Assembly (NCBI GenBank): GCA_043750125.1
Contig: JAYVCD010000382.1
Coordinates: forward strand, 1-35,985
Source: Archangiaceae bacterium
GTDB taxonomy: Bacteria > Myxococcota > Myxococcia > Myxococcales > Myxococcaceae
Direction: 5' to 3'
Length of the DNA: 35,985 nt
Part shown: piece by piece, positions 7,621 to 17,182 of the stretch
Numbering within the stretch: position 1 is the stretch's first letter
How the letters are laid out: the number at the start of each line of letters is the position of its first letter
Program-made: the position numbers and the translations under genes
Notes under the pieces: model-generated
Databases searched by the model: none
Seen by the model: the letters and a program-made list of their open reading frames with translations, nothing else
What the model was told of the DNA's origin: nothing

Positions 7621-10600
7621 TTAGAAAGCATGTGACATCCGGACGTACAGGAAGCGACCACTGATGTCGTAACCACCGGCCGGGTCGGTGTTCGCCTGGA
7701 AGGCGTTGCCGATGAACGGAGGGGTCTGGTCGAAGATGTTGTTCATTCCGACCATCAGAACCGTCTTGCCGATGCCCGTCTCGAGCCGGTAGCTGACGAA
7801 AACGTCCGACGCGAAGTAGGGGGCAACCTGACGCTGGTAGGTGCTGTCCTGGTAGCAAAGACCGCCACCCGAGAACGAGCCGCCACCGCCTGGATCGCCG
7901 CATTCCTTGAACGCGCCGATGTAGTGGCCAGAGACGCCAATGCCCAACCCGCCCAGGTTCCAGTTCACCGCGCCCAGCCACTTCACGTGGGGGTAGGTCC
8001 CGCCGACGCCAGCGCCGTTGAGGTCCCAGTTGCCTGCGCCGCGAATCAGCTGCGCGTTGTCGCCGGTGCCGAGAATCACGTTGTTCTCTTTGAGCCAGGT
8101 GACCGTCGCTGCGAGGTTGAATTCGCCTGCGGGGGTGGTGACCCCGTAACGGGCGGCGAAGTCGATGCCGTTGGTGAACTGGGAGCCCGCGTTGAGGTTG
8201 AAGTCGTCGATGCGGGTGATGATTTGCGTCCCCGGATCGCGGGTGATCTGCCCGCAGTAGTCCTTGTTCGGCTCCCCGGCGGTCGGGTAGCAGCCGGCAA
8301 GAATCGTGTTCCCGCCCAGGGCCTGAATCGCGTTCGAAATCGAGATTTGGTAGTAGTCGACCGTCAGCGACAGGCGCTTGAGCGCGCTGACCCCGAACAG
8401 AACGCCCGGCTCGAGGACCACGCCACCGGTGATGGTGACGGCGGTCTCAGGGGTGAGCGTGGGGTTGCCACCGACCTTCGCCTTGAGCTGGGTCGACACG
8501 TCGCCGTTGTCCTTCGCAGCGCCACAGTTGGCAGGAGACGGACCATTCACGCCCGAGCACGGGTCGGCAATGTTCTCAAAGCTGTCCACCTGGCCGGTAA
8601 AGAGGTCAGAGATGGACGGAGCGCGGAAGGCGGTCGAATACGTGCCACGAACGCTGAGACCTTGAATCGGGCGGTAGATCCCGCCGATCTTCCCGGTCAC
8701 GCCGCTGCCGAACGTATTGTAGTTGAAGTACCGCAGTGCGCCGGTGACCTCAAGCAGGTCGAAGGCTTTGACATCGCTCACGATCGGAATGCTGATTTCC
8801 GCGTACGCCTCGTTCGAATAGAAGTGACCGGCGGTCGGGTTCTGGTTGTTGCCCGAGCTCTCGCCTGACGCCTGAATCGGGTCGGGAGTCGATTGACCGG
8901 CCTGGAACCGGTACTCGTAACCGAGGGCCAGACCGACCGGGCGAGCCGCAAACAACTTGAACAATTCGCCGCTGGTGTTGGCCTGAACCGAGGTCAACGC
9001 GTTCATCACCTTCTGAATCCCGGTGAAGGTCAGGCCGCCGACCTGATCCGACGCAATCGACCCGGCTCCATGGAAGAGGTCCAGGGGCACGCAGCCCTCA
9101 ATCTCGGCACCGGGAGCCCCACAGTGAGCGACGCCGGCCGCATCTCGGAAGCTCGGCCCGACCGCGTTGGCGATCTTCGTCTTGCGAAGCGAACCCGCGC
9201 TCTCGTTGGTGCCCTGGAAGCGTGCGTAGTTCAACGACAGATCCCAGAACCAGCCCTTCAGCGGGCCAGCGCCTTCGGGAAGCGAACCGTCGAGGCCCGC
9301 AACCAGGCGGTAGTTGTTGAGGTCCTGCTTGAAGCTACGAGGCCCGAACTCGAGCAGACGACGGCGCACGTAGACGTCTTTGCCGAACGGATTGTAGATG
9401 TTGTCTTTGGAGGTGAGGATGTCTGAACCACCCGGGTCGAGAACCAGGGGTTCAGGGGCCAACTGCTGGTCAGAATTTCGCTGAACGAATGCAGCCTCGA
9501 AGTAGGCACGAGCGCTGTTTCCGAGCTTCACGTCGCCGGTCGCGAAGAGCGAGAAGCGCTTCTGCGGCGTCGTGAGGTAGTTCACGTCCTGGTAGTTGTA
9601 CCCGTCGCCTATTGGCGCAAGAGCGGAGCCCTTGAACGGTCGCCAGCCCAACGGAGCGTCGGGGTCGCGAATGAAAGAGCCGGCCGTTTTGTTGTTGGTG
9701 ACCAGGTCGTTGTAGAGCGAGGTGGCCGCGGGATCGCGCACGCCTCTCTTCAGGCCGAGAATTCGACCGGCTGGAATCGTGCTGCTGCCGGAAGGCTTGA
9801 ATCCGACGCCGCCCGGGGACGCGTCGTAGAACACCTGCGGGGAGGCGTACCTTCGGTTGCCGGCCAGAATCGGATAGGCCTGAAAATAACCGGTCGAGAA
9901 GAGGATGCTGCCGCGGTCACCGGACGTGCCGGCCGTGCCGTCGACGCTGTACTGGGTGCCGTCGCCGTGGGTGGTCGAGCCTGCAAAGACGTTCAGCTCG
10001 CCGCCTTCAAAGCGCTTCTTGGTGATGATGTTGATCACGCCTGCGATGGCGTCTGAGCCGTAGACCGCTGAAGCTCCGTCTTTCAAAACTTCAATTCGCT
10101 CGATCGCGCTGGCAGGAATCGAGTTCACGTCGACCGAGTCGTCAGCGCCCAGACCTCCGGGCACCCAGCGTCGGCCGTTGACCAGCACCAGGGTGCGGCT
10201 TGCCCCCAGGCCACGGAGGTCAACACGCGTCGAACCATCGCCGCCGTTGTTGACCGAGGTGTTGGTCGCGTTGCCCTGCTCAGGCAACGTCTGGAGGAAG
10301 TCGCCCACCGAGACGCGACCGCTCTGGCGCATCTGCTCGCGGCCGATCAGGGTGATCGGCGCCGAGGAGGTGAGGTCCTTTCGACGAATTCGTGATCCGG
10401 TGACGGTAATCGTTTCTTCCGCGCTTCGTTTCTTCTTGGTGACGTTTTCCTGCTCATCCGGAAGGGGCGCTGTATCTGCGCTGGGCGGAGTCAGAACCGG
10501 CTCTGCGGCCTGGCTCGGTGCGATCGGAGCGTCGGCTGGAGGCGCTGGATCAGTCGCCGCGGGTTCCTGAGCCAGACCCGTTCCTGCGAAGAGAAGTTGT

Positions 10601-10686
10601 CCAATCAACAGTGCGGAGGACCACGCAGCGCGCTTGTTTGTCATGAATTTCCAGTTGCCCTGTGTTGTTTCGTTTTCGGACGTCAC
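7621..10686 (-). CDS. TonB-dependent outer-membrane receptor
   Basis: TonB box ETITVTGSRI, plug (VDLRGLGASRTLVLVNGRR, IERIEVLKDGASAVYGSDAIAGVINIIT), amphipathic barrel and C-terminal Phe. Alternative start is ATG 10644. Confidence 0.95.
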   Translation of the reverse strand: MTSENETTQGNWKFMTNKRAAWSSALLIGQLLFAGTGLAQEPAATDPAPPADAPIAPSQAAEPVLTPPSADTAPLPDEQENVTKKKRSAEETITVTGSRIRRKDLTSSAPITLIGREQMRQSGRVSVGDFLQTLPEQGNATNTSVNNGGDGSTRVDLRGLGASRTLVLVNGRRWVPGGLGADDSVDVNSIPASAIERIEVLKDGASAVYGSDAIAGVINIITKKRFEGGELNVFAGSTTHGDGTQYSVDGTAGTSGDRGSILFSTGYFQAYPILAGNRRYASPQVFYDASPGGVGFKPSGSSTIPAGRILGLKRGVRDPAATSLYNDLVTNNKTAGSFIRDPDAPLGWRPFKGSALAPIGDGYNYQDVNYLTTPQKRFSLFATGDVKLGNSARAYFEAAFVQRNSDQQLAPEPLVLDPGGSDILTSKDNIYNPFGKDVYVRRRLLEFGPRSFKQDLNNYRLVAGLDGSLPEGAGPLKGWFWDLSLNYARFQGTNESAGSLRKTKIANAVGPSFRDAAGVAHCGAPGAEIEGCVPLDLFHGAGSIASDQVGGLTFTGIQKVMNALTSVQANTSGELFKLFAARPVGLALGYEYRFQAGQSTPDPIQASGESSGNNQNPTAGHFYSNEAYAEISIPIVSDVKAFDLLEVTGALRYFNYNTFGSGVTGKIGGIYRPIQGLSVRGTYSTAFRAPSISDLFTGQVDSFENIADPCSGVNGPSPANCGAAKDNGDVSTQLKAKVGGNPTLTPETAVTITGGVVLEPGVLFGVSALKRLSLTVDYYQISISNAIQALGGNTILAGCYPTAGEPNKDYCGQITRDPGTQIITRIDDFNLNAGSQFTNGIDFAARYGVTTPAGEFNLAATVTWLKENNVILGTGDNAQLIRGAGNWDLNGAGVGGTYPHVKWLGAVNWNLGGLGIGVSGHYIGAFKECGDPGGGGSFSGGGLCYQDSTYQRQVAPYFASDVFVSYRLETGIGKTVLMVGMNNIFDQTPPFIGNAFQANTDPAGGYDISGRFLYVRMSHAF

Positions 10687-10727
10687 AGCCCCTCACCCAA
10701 CTGACACTTCGTACTTTAGCCGCGCAC

Positions 10728-10756
10728 CGTGTATTGCCACCGATCACAGGTGTCAA
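10728..10756 (-). promoter_or_regulatory. Putative sigma70-type promoter for the receptor operon
   Basis: Minus strand TTGACA (10756-10751), 17-nt spacer, TACACG (10733-10728). The -35 is perfect and the -10 is weak. Confidence 0.45.
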
Positions 10757-10829
10757 GCCTTCCGGATCACCTGCGGGCGCATCGGAATTTTGAGGGAGCA
10801 GCCCGTGGGCAGGGCCCCTCACCGAGGGA

Positions 10830-12116
10830 CTAGCCGAGAAAAGTAGGCTTTCCGGTCCAGCTGCGCACCAACGCGCGGGCCTCAAGAATGTTGTCCTCGA
10901 TGCTGCAATAGGTCCAACCGCCGTAGCGCCCGACGCTGAAAATCCCCGCCTCGCGCAGCTGTGCAGACAGCTTGCCGTGGGCCGCCAGCGAGCCCCGGGT
11001 GATGTGCACGTACGCCGGGTTCATCAAGACCGAGTGTTCGGCGATCAACTTCTGAGTCGTCAGCACTCCTTCCGCACGCAAACCCGCCAGCACCTTTTCC
11101 CGAGCCGCCCCGACATCAGGCGCCGCGTCTCTGGAAAAGCCGAGCTCGACATACAGGCTCATTCGCGGGCCTTCGAAGATGTTGTCGTAGAAACCGACCC
11201 GGTAAAACGCCACGTCCCGCGACGGGTAATAGACCCAGTGGACGTCTCGGGGCCCCTTCGAATCGAACCCGAGGTTGAAGACCAGCACCTGGTTCCAGGT
11301 GAACACCGCCGGGTCGTGGGGCACCGACGCCAATTGCAGCAGGCGTGGAAACGGGGCGGACGAAACGAGCCGTTGATAGCGGTACTGGCCTTGAGGGGTG
11401 GTGGCCACCTTCCGCTGGACATCGAGGTTCAGCAGCGGCTCGGAAAGATGAACCGCTTCGGGCCGCACCGCCGACAACAGCGCGTGCACGTATTCGATCG
11501 CACCCCCTTCGGGGTAGGTGAACTTCGCGTTGTAGGTCGCGTTGTCGGCCTGCTTCATGTTGCGGATGATCTCGGTCAGATCCGCGTGGGGGAAGAACCG
11601 CCCCATCGCGTCCTTGTCCAGCGTGGCCAGGTCGGTCGCGTACAACTTCTCGTTGTAGGGAATGAGAAACTTTTCGGCGATGGACCGGCCGAAGCGCGCG
11701 TACAGCATCTGCTTGAAGTTCTCTTCCGGCGGGGGCGTGGACGCGCCCGGGGTGAGTGCCAGGTAGAGGTCGTAGAGGCAGTCGATGAACTCTCCCTGGG
11801 GAAGCTGGTGGATGTTCTTCTGAAACGGAAAGTCGATCTGTTGGCCCCCATAAGAGACGAACGATCGCTTGTTCACCGTGCGGACGTCCTGACCGGGCAT
11901 TCGCGCGCGCAGCCAGGCTTCGACGTCGGGGTGCTTGAAGTGGAAGAAGTGGCCCGAGTAGTCCCAGGTGAAGCCTTCCTTCTTCACCGTCTTGCAATAG
12001 CCCCCGACCTGGCCGTCGGCTTCGAGGACGATTACGTCTGCGTCCGGGCCGAGGGCGGCAGCCGTCGCGAGGCCGGAAATCCCCGCTCCCACCACCAACG
12101 TTTCGACCTGGGTCAT
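10830..12116 (-). CDS. FAD-dependent oxidoreductase (UDP-galactopyranose mutase / protoporphyrinogen oxidase-like)
   Basis: ATG 12116 overlaps the upstream stop (ATGA). Motifs [10 protein letters not shown] motif, [30 protein letters not shown]. Confidence 0.8.
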   Translation of the reverse strand: MTQVETLVVGAGISGLATAAALGPDADVIVLEADGQVGGYCKTVKKEGFTWDYSGHFFHFKHPDVEAWLRARMPGQDVRTVNKRSFVSYGGQQIDFPFQKNIHQLPQGEFIDCLYDLYLALTPGASTPPPEENFKQMLYARFGRSIAEKFLIPYNEKLYATDLATLDKDAMGRFFPHADLTEIIRNMKQADNATYNAKFTYPEGGAIEYVHALLSAVRPEAVHLSEPLLNLDVQRKVATTPQGQYRYQRLVSSAPFPRLLQLASVPHDPAVFTWNQVLVFNLGFDSKGPRDVHWVYYPSRDVAFYRVGFYDNIFEGPRMSLYVELGFSRDAAPDVGAAREKVLAGLRAEGVLTTQKLIAEHSVLMNPAYVHITRGSLAAHGKLSAQLREAGIFSVGRYGGWTYCSIEDNILEARALVRSWTGKPTFLG

Positions 12117-13645
12117 CCTGCAGCTCCGACCGTCGGCCATTCGGTGGCCTTGCGTCGACCGTCGACGGTGCGGCGGGCGACGAACGGAACACACCCGCGG
12201 TCGGCGAAGGCCCGCTTCCACGCCGCGAACGCCCCACCCGCCCGGTGCGCGTCGTAGGCGGCGAGCCCACCTTCGGGGCCGCACTGCGCGAGCATGTATT
12301 CGACCCACGCCCAGCGCGCGCTGGTCGGACGCACCACGACCTTGCCCCGCAGCCCTTTGCGCAGCCGCTCGAGCTTGTCTTCGATTTCCGAGATTCCCGC
12401 GAACGGCGAGCCGTCGAGGGGAGTGTTTCGCTTGGCCGCAAAAGGAGCAACCCCCAGCACCACCTTGAGAATCTTCGAAAGCTCGGTGGTGAAGCGCACC
12501 AGCTCATCGATGTCCGCGTCGGTCTCGAGTGGAAGCCCGACCAGGTTGTAGACCTTCAGCCGCTCGAACTCATGTTCGCGCGCCAGCCGGGCCGCGTTGA
12601 GCAGCTGTTCTTCCGAATGCTTCCGATCGACCAGCTCGCGCATGCGCTGCGAGGCGCCATCGGACGCGACGGTGAGCACCTTGGCCCCTCCGGCGCGCAG
12701 GGCGGCGACCAGTCGAGGCGTCAACCGGTCTGCGCGCAGCGACGAGATGCCGACCTCTCGGCCCGAGCTCGCCAGCGTCTCGATCAGCTCGGCGATACGG
12801 GGGTGATCGGTGACCGCTGCGCCCACCAGCCCGACCCGGCGCGCGTGGTCCGGAATCAGCTCGAGCACCCGTTCAGGGCTGACGGTGCGCATTCCGCCGT
12901 TGGTGGTGCGCCGCATCACGCAGTAGTGACAGCCCCGGCTGCAGCCCCGCTCGGGTTCGATCAAAAACATCGATCGCAACTCGGTGTGCGCCGTCAGCAC
13001 CTGGCTGCGCGCCGGCAGCAGCGCGTCGGTCGCCTTCGACACCAGAAAGCGGGTGCCTTCCCCCGACAGCCCGGGGCAGCGAAAGCCGGGAACGTCTTTG
13101 AGCCGGTGGCGAATGGCCTCGCGTCCTCCGCCTTCGAGCGTCGCGGCCAGCAAAACGGGAATCAGCTCTTCGGCTTCCCCCTGAACCAACACGTCGACGA
13201 ACGGCTCGAGCGGCTCGGGGTTCGAGAAGGTGATCGGACCTCCGGCGACAATCAGCGGAGCATCGGGCCCGCGCTCTTCGCGCAGCACGGGAAAACCGGC
13301 CAGCTCGAGCATCGTGAACAGCCCGGTGATTTCGAGCTCGTAGGCCACCGAGAACGCCAGCACGTCGAAGGCCGAAATCGGCGACTGGGTCTCGATCGTC
13401 AACGGCGGCAGCCGAGCTTTTTTCCAGGCATCGACATCATCGGGAAGAAACGACCGTTCGGCAGACGCGCCGGTGTGCTCGTGAATCAACCGATAGATGG
13501 TCTGGAACCCGAGCGAGCTCATTCCGACGTGGTACGGGCTGGGGTAGCAGAGCGCGACTTTCAGCGGGGCCTGCTTGAACAAGGTGCCCTGTTCATCGGC
13601 CAGCAACCGCTTCAGTGCGTCGATCTGTGTGTAGCGGGCGTCCAT
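12113..13645 (-). CDS. Radical SAM protein (TIGR03960-like, N-terminal B12-binding-like domain)
   Basis: CxxxCxxC in [11 protein letters not shown]-terminal [24 protein letters not shown] and AGGP; later SSLRAD and GLPLET. Confidence 0.88.
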   Translation of the reverse strand: MDARYTQIDALKRLLADEQGTLFKQAPLKVALCYPSPYHVGMSSLGFQTIYRLIHEHTGASAERSFLPDDVDAWKKARLPPLTIETQSPISAFDVLAFSVAYELEITGLFTMLELAGFPVLREERGPDAPLIVAGGPITFSNPEPLEPFVDVLVQGEAEELIPVLLAATLEGGGREAIRHRLKDVPGFRCPGLSGEGTRFLVSKATDALLPARSQVLTAHTELRSMFLIEPERGCSRGCHYCVMRRTTNGGMRTVSPERVLELIPDHARRVGLVGAAVTDHPRIAELIETLASSGREVGISSLRADRLTPRLVAALRAGGAKVLTVASDGASQRMRELVDRKHSEEQLLNAARLAREHEFERLKVYNLVGLPLETDADIDELVRFTTELSKILKVVLGVAPFAAKRNTPLDGSPFAGISEIEDKLERLRKGLRGKVVVRPTSARWAWVEYMLAQCGPEGGLAAYDAHRAGGAFAAWKRAFADRGCVPFVARRTVDGRRKATEWPTVGAAG

Positions 13646-13707
13646 GCGGGTGGTGGCTGAAGCCCTTAACAGAGCTCCCCTTCGGTTGCTGACGCCAGCG
13701 CCTGAAG

Positions 13708-14172
13708 TTACGGCGTGGGCGGGGTTTCAGGCGGAGTGACCGCTTCGGTCATCATCCCCAGCGTTTCGGCGCCCGCGACGCGGGCTCCGTCGAGCGCAGT
13801 CACCAGCTTCCCGTAGTTGGCGCGATCGTCGGCCATGAAGAACACCAGGCGATCGCCTTTCTTCTTTGCGGCCACCATTCGGCCGAGCTTGGCGACGTAC
13901 TCGACCGCCGTGGTGGGGTCGGAGTTGATCTTCAACGACCCGTCCGCGTCGATTGATACGACCAATTGATCCGGCGGAACTTCGACGTTTTCCTGAATCT
14001 CGTCGGAATCGGGGACCCGCACTTCGATGTCTTTTTCCAACAGCGGCGTGACGACCATGAAGATGATCAACAGCACCAGGACTACGTCGACCAACGGGGT
14101 GACGTTGATCTCCGAGTTCATCGGAGCGCCGACCTTCACCGCGAACTTCCGAAATTTCTTTTTTCCGGACAT
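13708..14172 (-). CDS. exbD: ExbD/TolR family protein
   Basis: EINVTPLVDVVLVLLIIFMV with the conserved TM Asp. Confidence 0.92.
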   Translation of the reverse strand: MSGKKKFRKFAVKVGAPMNSEINVTPLVDVVLVLLIIFMVVTPLLEKDIEVRVPDSDEIQENVEVPPDQLVVSIDADGSLKINSDPTTAVEYVAKLGRMVAAKKKGDRLVFFMADDRANYGKLVTALDGARVAGAETLGMMTEAVTPPETPPTP

Positions 14173-14588
14173 CAGGGTTTGGTCTCTTCGACGCCGAGTG
14201 AGATCCCCTTGGCTCCGGCAGCACGCGCCAGGTGCATCACCTTGCGGACGTCTTCGAACGAGAGCGAGTTGTCGCCCTTGAGCAGGATCTTCTTTCCGGG
14301 AGTCGCGACCAGCTTCGCTTTCAGCTGGTCTTCGAAGTCGCCTTCGCTGACGGCATCGGTCTCGATGTAGATCTTCTTGTCGGTGGTGATCGAAAGGATG
14401 ATCGGGTCAGCGTCCTTCTTTTCTTTTTCGATCTTCGTCGCTTTGGGCAGCTGAACGTCTTTGCCCCGCTGCAGCATCGGGGTGATCACCATGAAGATGA
14501 TCAACAGCACGAGGCACACGTCGACCAGGGGGGTGACGTTGATATCAGCCTTGATGCTGCCGCGCCCACCACCGCCACCCATCGCCAT
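14172..14588 (-). CDS. exbD: ExbD/TolR family protein
   Basis: DINVTPLVDVCLVLLIIFMV. One-base stop/start overlap with the downstream paralogue. Confidence 0.92.
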   Translation of the reverse strand: MAMGGGGGRGSIKADINVTPLVDVCLVLLIIFMVITPMLQRGKDVQLPKATKIEKEKKDADPIILSITTDKKIYIETDAVSEGDFEDQLKAKLVATPGKKILLKGDNSLSFEDVRKVMHLARAAGAKGISLGVEETKP

Positions 14589-14594
14589 GTCGCT

Positions 14595-15263
14595 TTAGCC
14601 CTGTGCCGAGTAGTGCTTGGCGACGACGTCGAGAAACTCGTTCGCCGATTCCGAAATGTCGACGGTGCGATCGTCTACCCAGCCTTGAAGAAAGTTGTAC
14701 GCCATCACCGCAGGGATCGCGACCAACAGACCGAAGGCGGTGGTGATCAGCGCCTCGGAAATACCGGCAGACACGGTGCCGAGGCCGCCTGAGCCCGTGG
14801 CGGCCATCGATTGAAACGAGTTGACGATGCCCATCACGGTGCCGAGCAGACCGACGAACGGAGCGGTCGAGCCGACAGTGGCCAGCAGGCCCAGCCCGCG
14901 CTTGAAGGTCTGCACTTCCCGCTGGCCCTGACGTTCGAGCGCTCGGGCCACCGATTCCACCGCGGCATCGTGATTTTTCGGAGCGATTCGGAACGCGGTC
15001 AAACCGGCGTCGATCACCCGCCCCAGATGGCCGCCATTCGTCTTGCCGAGGTTGGACGACGCGGCTCCTGCCAGGTCGCCGTTCGAGAGCAGCTTGCTCA
15101 TTTTTTCGGCGAAGGATCGCGACTGGCTGCTGCTGCGGTTGAACACCACCAGCCGCTCGAACATGACCAACAAGGAAGCAAGCGACATGATCGCCATGAC
15201 GAAGACAATCGTCTTGGCAAAGAGCCCCATGCTCGACCACAGGTGGGAAAAGGAGAAATCCAT
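14595..15263 (-). CDS. exbB: ExbB/TolQ/MotA proton-channel protein
   Basis: LATVGSTAPFVGLLGTVMGI and GISEALITTAFGLLVAIPA. ATG 15263 (MDFSFSHLW) with GGGAG upstream. Confidence 0.92.
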   Translation of the reverse strand: MDFSFSHLWSSMGLFAKTIVFVMAIMSLASLLVMFERLVVFNRSSSQSRSFAEKMSKLLSNGDLAGAASSNLGKTNGGHLGRVIDAGLTAFRIAPKNHDAAVESVARALERQGQREVQTFKRGLGLLATVGSTAPFVGLLGTVMGIVNSFQSMAATGSGGLGTVSAGISEALITTAFGLLVAIPAVMAYNFLQGWVDDRTVDISESANEFLDVVAKHYSAQG

Positions 15264-15356
15264 GAGCGGCTTGCTAGCTCTCCCGCCAAAAGAATTCCAC
15301 TTCGTTTCTTGGCCGGCCTTCCCGAGTATCGCGCCGGGGTTCAAAGTTGAAGGGGT

Positions 15357-16112
15357 CTACCCCAGCAGCCCAGAGAGGATTCCCACCAGTGCGCGGGCGC
15401 CCAGGACGAGCAAATCTCCACTGATGGTGCTCGCACCGGCGGACGACCAGCGGTAGGTCGGTCGGGGGGCCACCGCGTCGTAATCCCGGGACGCCTGCAG
15501 CTTATCCATCACCAACCGGGCGGCCAGATTGGGATCAACGGTGGTCCGTTTTGCTTCTTGGCGCTGCAGCTGCTCGAGGGTCTGGTTGATCGAGTCTTCG
15601 CTCAAGATGCTGACCGGCGCAGCGCAATAGCCACAGGTGACGCTCTGGGCGAGGACGATCGGCGCTCCGCAATTTGAACAGTCGACCTGCTTCACGTTCG
15701 CCTTCAGCTCGGCCAGCTGCTTCGGAGTCGGCGCGCGCACCAGGTTCTTCTCGCGCAGGAAATGAAAGAAGGTGGTGTAGCGGCCGTGGTCCTCGCAGCG
15801 AAAGTAGCTAAACCTTGTGGCGCGCTGCATGTCGAAGGTCTCGATCAGAACCTGGCTGCAGCATGGGCAGCTCTTCACCGGAACCAGCGGCTGCAGCGCG
15901 CTGGCCTTGCGCTCGTACATCGAAGCGAAGAGCTTCAGCGTCGCGCCAGGAGACAGCTGCAGGCTCTCGCGCCCGTCGAACCACAGGCCGTTGCAGTGGT
16001 GACAGGCGTCGATCTCGACTTCCCCGCCGTACAGCGCGCTGAACAGCTCGGCCTGCATCGGGTGGGTACAGCCGGGGCAATCGATGGACGGCAGGGTCAT
16101 GACGACAGTCAC
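15357..16112 (-). CDS. Multi zinc-ribbon protein (zf-TFIIB-like)
   Basis: Knuckle pairs CPGC/CHHC (..GLWFDGRE), CPCC/CEDH and CSNC/CGYC. GTGA overlap with the upstream gene; alternative ATG at 16100. Confidence 0.75.
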   Translation of the reverse strand: MTVVMTLPSIDCPGCTHPMQAELFSALYGGEVEIDACHHCNGLWFDGRESLQLSPGATLKLFASMYERKASALQPLVPVKSCPCCSQVLIETFDMQRATRFSYFRCEDHGRYTTFFHFLREKNLVRAPTPKQLAELKANVKQVDCSNCGAPIVLAQSVTCGYCAAPVSILSEDSINQTLEQLQRQEAKRTTVDPNLAARLVMDKLQASRDYDAVAPRPTYRWSSAGASTISGDLLVLGARALVGILSGLLG

Positions 16113-17182
16113 GCGCCCCGGAGGTCAGCCAGGCGGCCCTTGGTCCCCGGCAGGCTTCCCGGGGCAGACTTCGACAGGGTGTACTGCACCGTGTCGTTGA
16201 GGGTCTGAAACAGATCGCGCGGCTGATAGCCCAGCTCGCGCTCGGCCTTCGAGCTGTCGAGCCAGAAATAATGCTCGCCGATTTCGACCTCGTGGGGGTC
16301 GAGCTTGGCGGTGGTGCCTCGCCATTTCGCGAAGGCCTCGAGCGCGTAGGCCCCGAGCACGTTGGCCGCTTTAGGCAGCCGCAGCTTCGGAGCGGGAACT
16401 CCGGTCAGCCGCTCGAGCCGCCCGAAAAAATCGTCCATCGTCAGGTTCACGCCGATCAGGTGGCGACCGTAAAGCTCTCCCCGGGTGAGCGCTGCGAGCG
16501 TCGCGTCGGCGACATCGCGGGCGTCGGCGATGCTGATGCCTCCGTTGGGCATCGCGGGAATGTCGCGCTGCAGGAACTTCACCACCATCCACGTCGAGCT
16601 CAGCCTATCGTCCCCGGGCCCCATCAACAGCGAAGGGTTGAGCACGACTGCAGGGATCTGGTGCTTGCGGCAGTACTCGAGCGTCAGCTTCTCTTCGAAG
16701 ATTTTCGACAGGTAGTACGGCCAGCGCCCAACGACCTCAATCGGGTAGTCGTCGTCCTCGGTGCCGATGCGCTCGGTCTTCGAGACGGCGATGGCTCCCG
16801 AGGTGGACATCAAAATGATCCGCGGTCGGGTCCCCAGCGCTTGAACGTCTCTGAGCAACGCGCGGGTGCAGTCGACGTGCAGCTCGTACATCTTGCGGCC
16901 GTCTTCGGGGCGAAAGCTGACCCGCCCGGCGAGGTGGATGATCGCCTCGACCCCGTCGATTGCCTTGCGCACGGCCTCGCGGTCTTTGAGGTCGCCTTGA
17001 ATGAATTCGGCGATCGGCGCCCCTTCGGCTTTTCCGAAGCCCGCTTTGGGAGCGAGCGGAGTCCACACCGAAGCGGCGGGGCGGTTGCGGCCCAGGACGC
17101 GGACCTGGTGACCTTGCGCGAGCAGCCGGGGAACCAGGTGACTGCCGAGAAAACCGGTGCCGCCGGTGACGAGGATCTTCAT
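16109..17182 (-). CDS. elbE: NAD-dependent epimerase/dehydratase (extended SDR), ElbE-like by position
   Basis: TGGTGFLG, HLAG and YYLSK (YxxxK). ATGA overlap with elbD. The symbol rests on recalled synteny with the M. xanthus elb cluster. Confidence 0.7.
   Translation of the reverse strand: MKILVTGGTGFLGSHLVPRLLAQGHQVRVLGRNRPAASVWTPLAPKAGFGKAEGAPIAEFIQGDLKDREAVRKAIDGVEAIIHLAGRVSFRPEDGRKMYELHVDCTRALLRDVQALGTRPRIILMSTSGAIAVSKTERIGTEDDDYPIEVVGRWPYYLSKIFEEKLTLEYCRKHQIPAVVLNPSLLMGPGDDRLSSTWMVVKFLQRDIPAMPNGGISIADARDVADATLAALTRGELYGRHLIGVNLTMDDFFGRLERLTGVPAPKLRLPKAANVLGAYALEAFAKWRGTTAKLDPHEVEIGEHYFWLDSSKAERELGYQPRDLFQTLNDTVQYTLSKSAPGSLPGTKGRLADLRGA

Noticed and set aside
10687-10829. Cobalamin riboswitch or sigma54 promoter upstream of the TBDR
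   Set aside because: The gap is only ~140 bp with no B12-box. The TGGCAA..TGC candidate has GG-N11-GC spacing rather than N10.
13708-15263. Calling the motor aglRQS (gliding) or tolQR
   Set aside because: No glt, tolA, tolB or pal genes are in the window; the tonB and TBDR context favours Exb.
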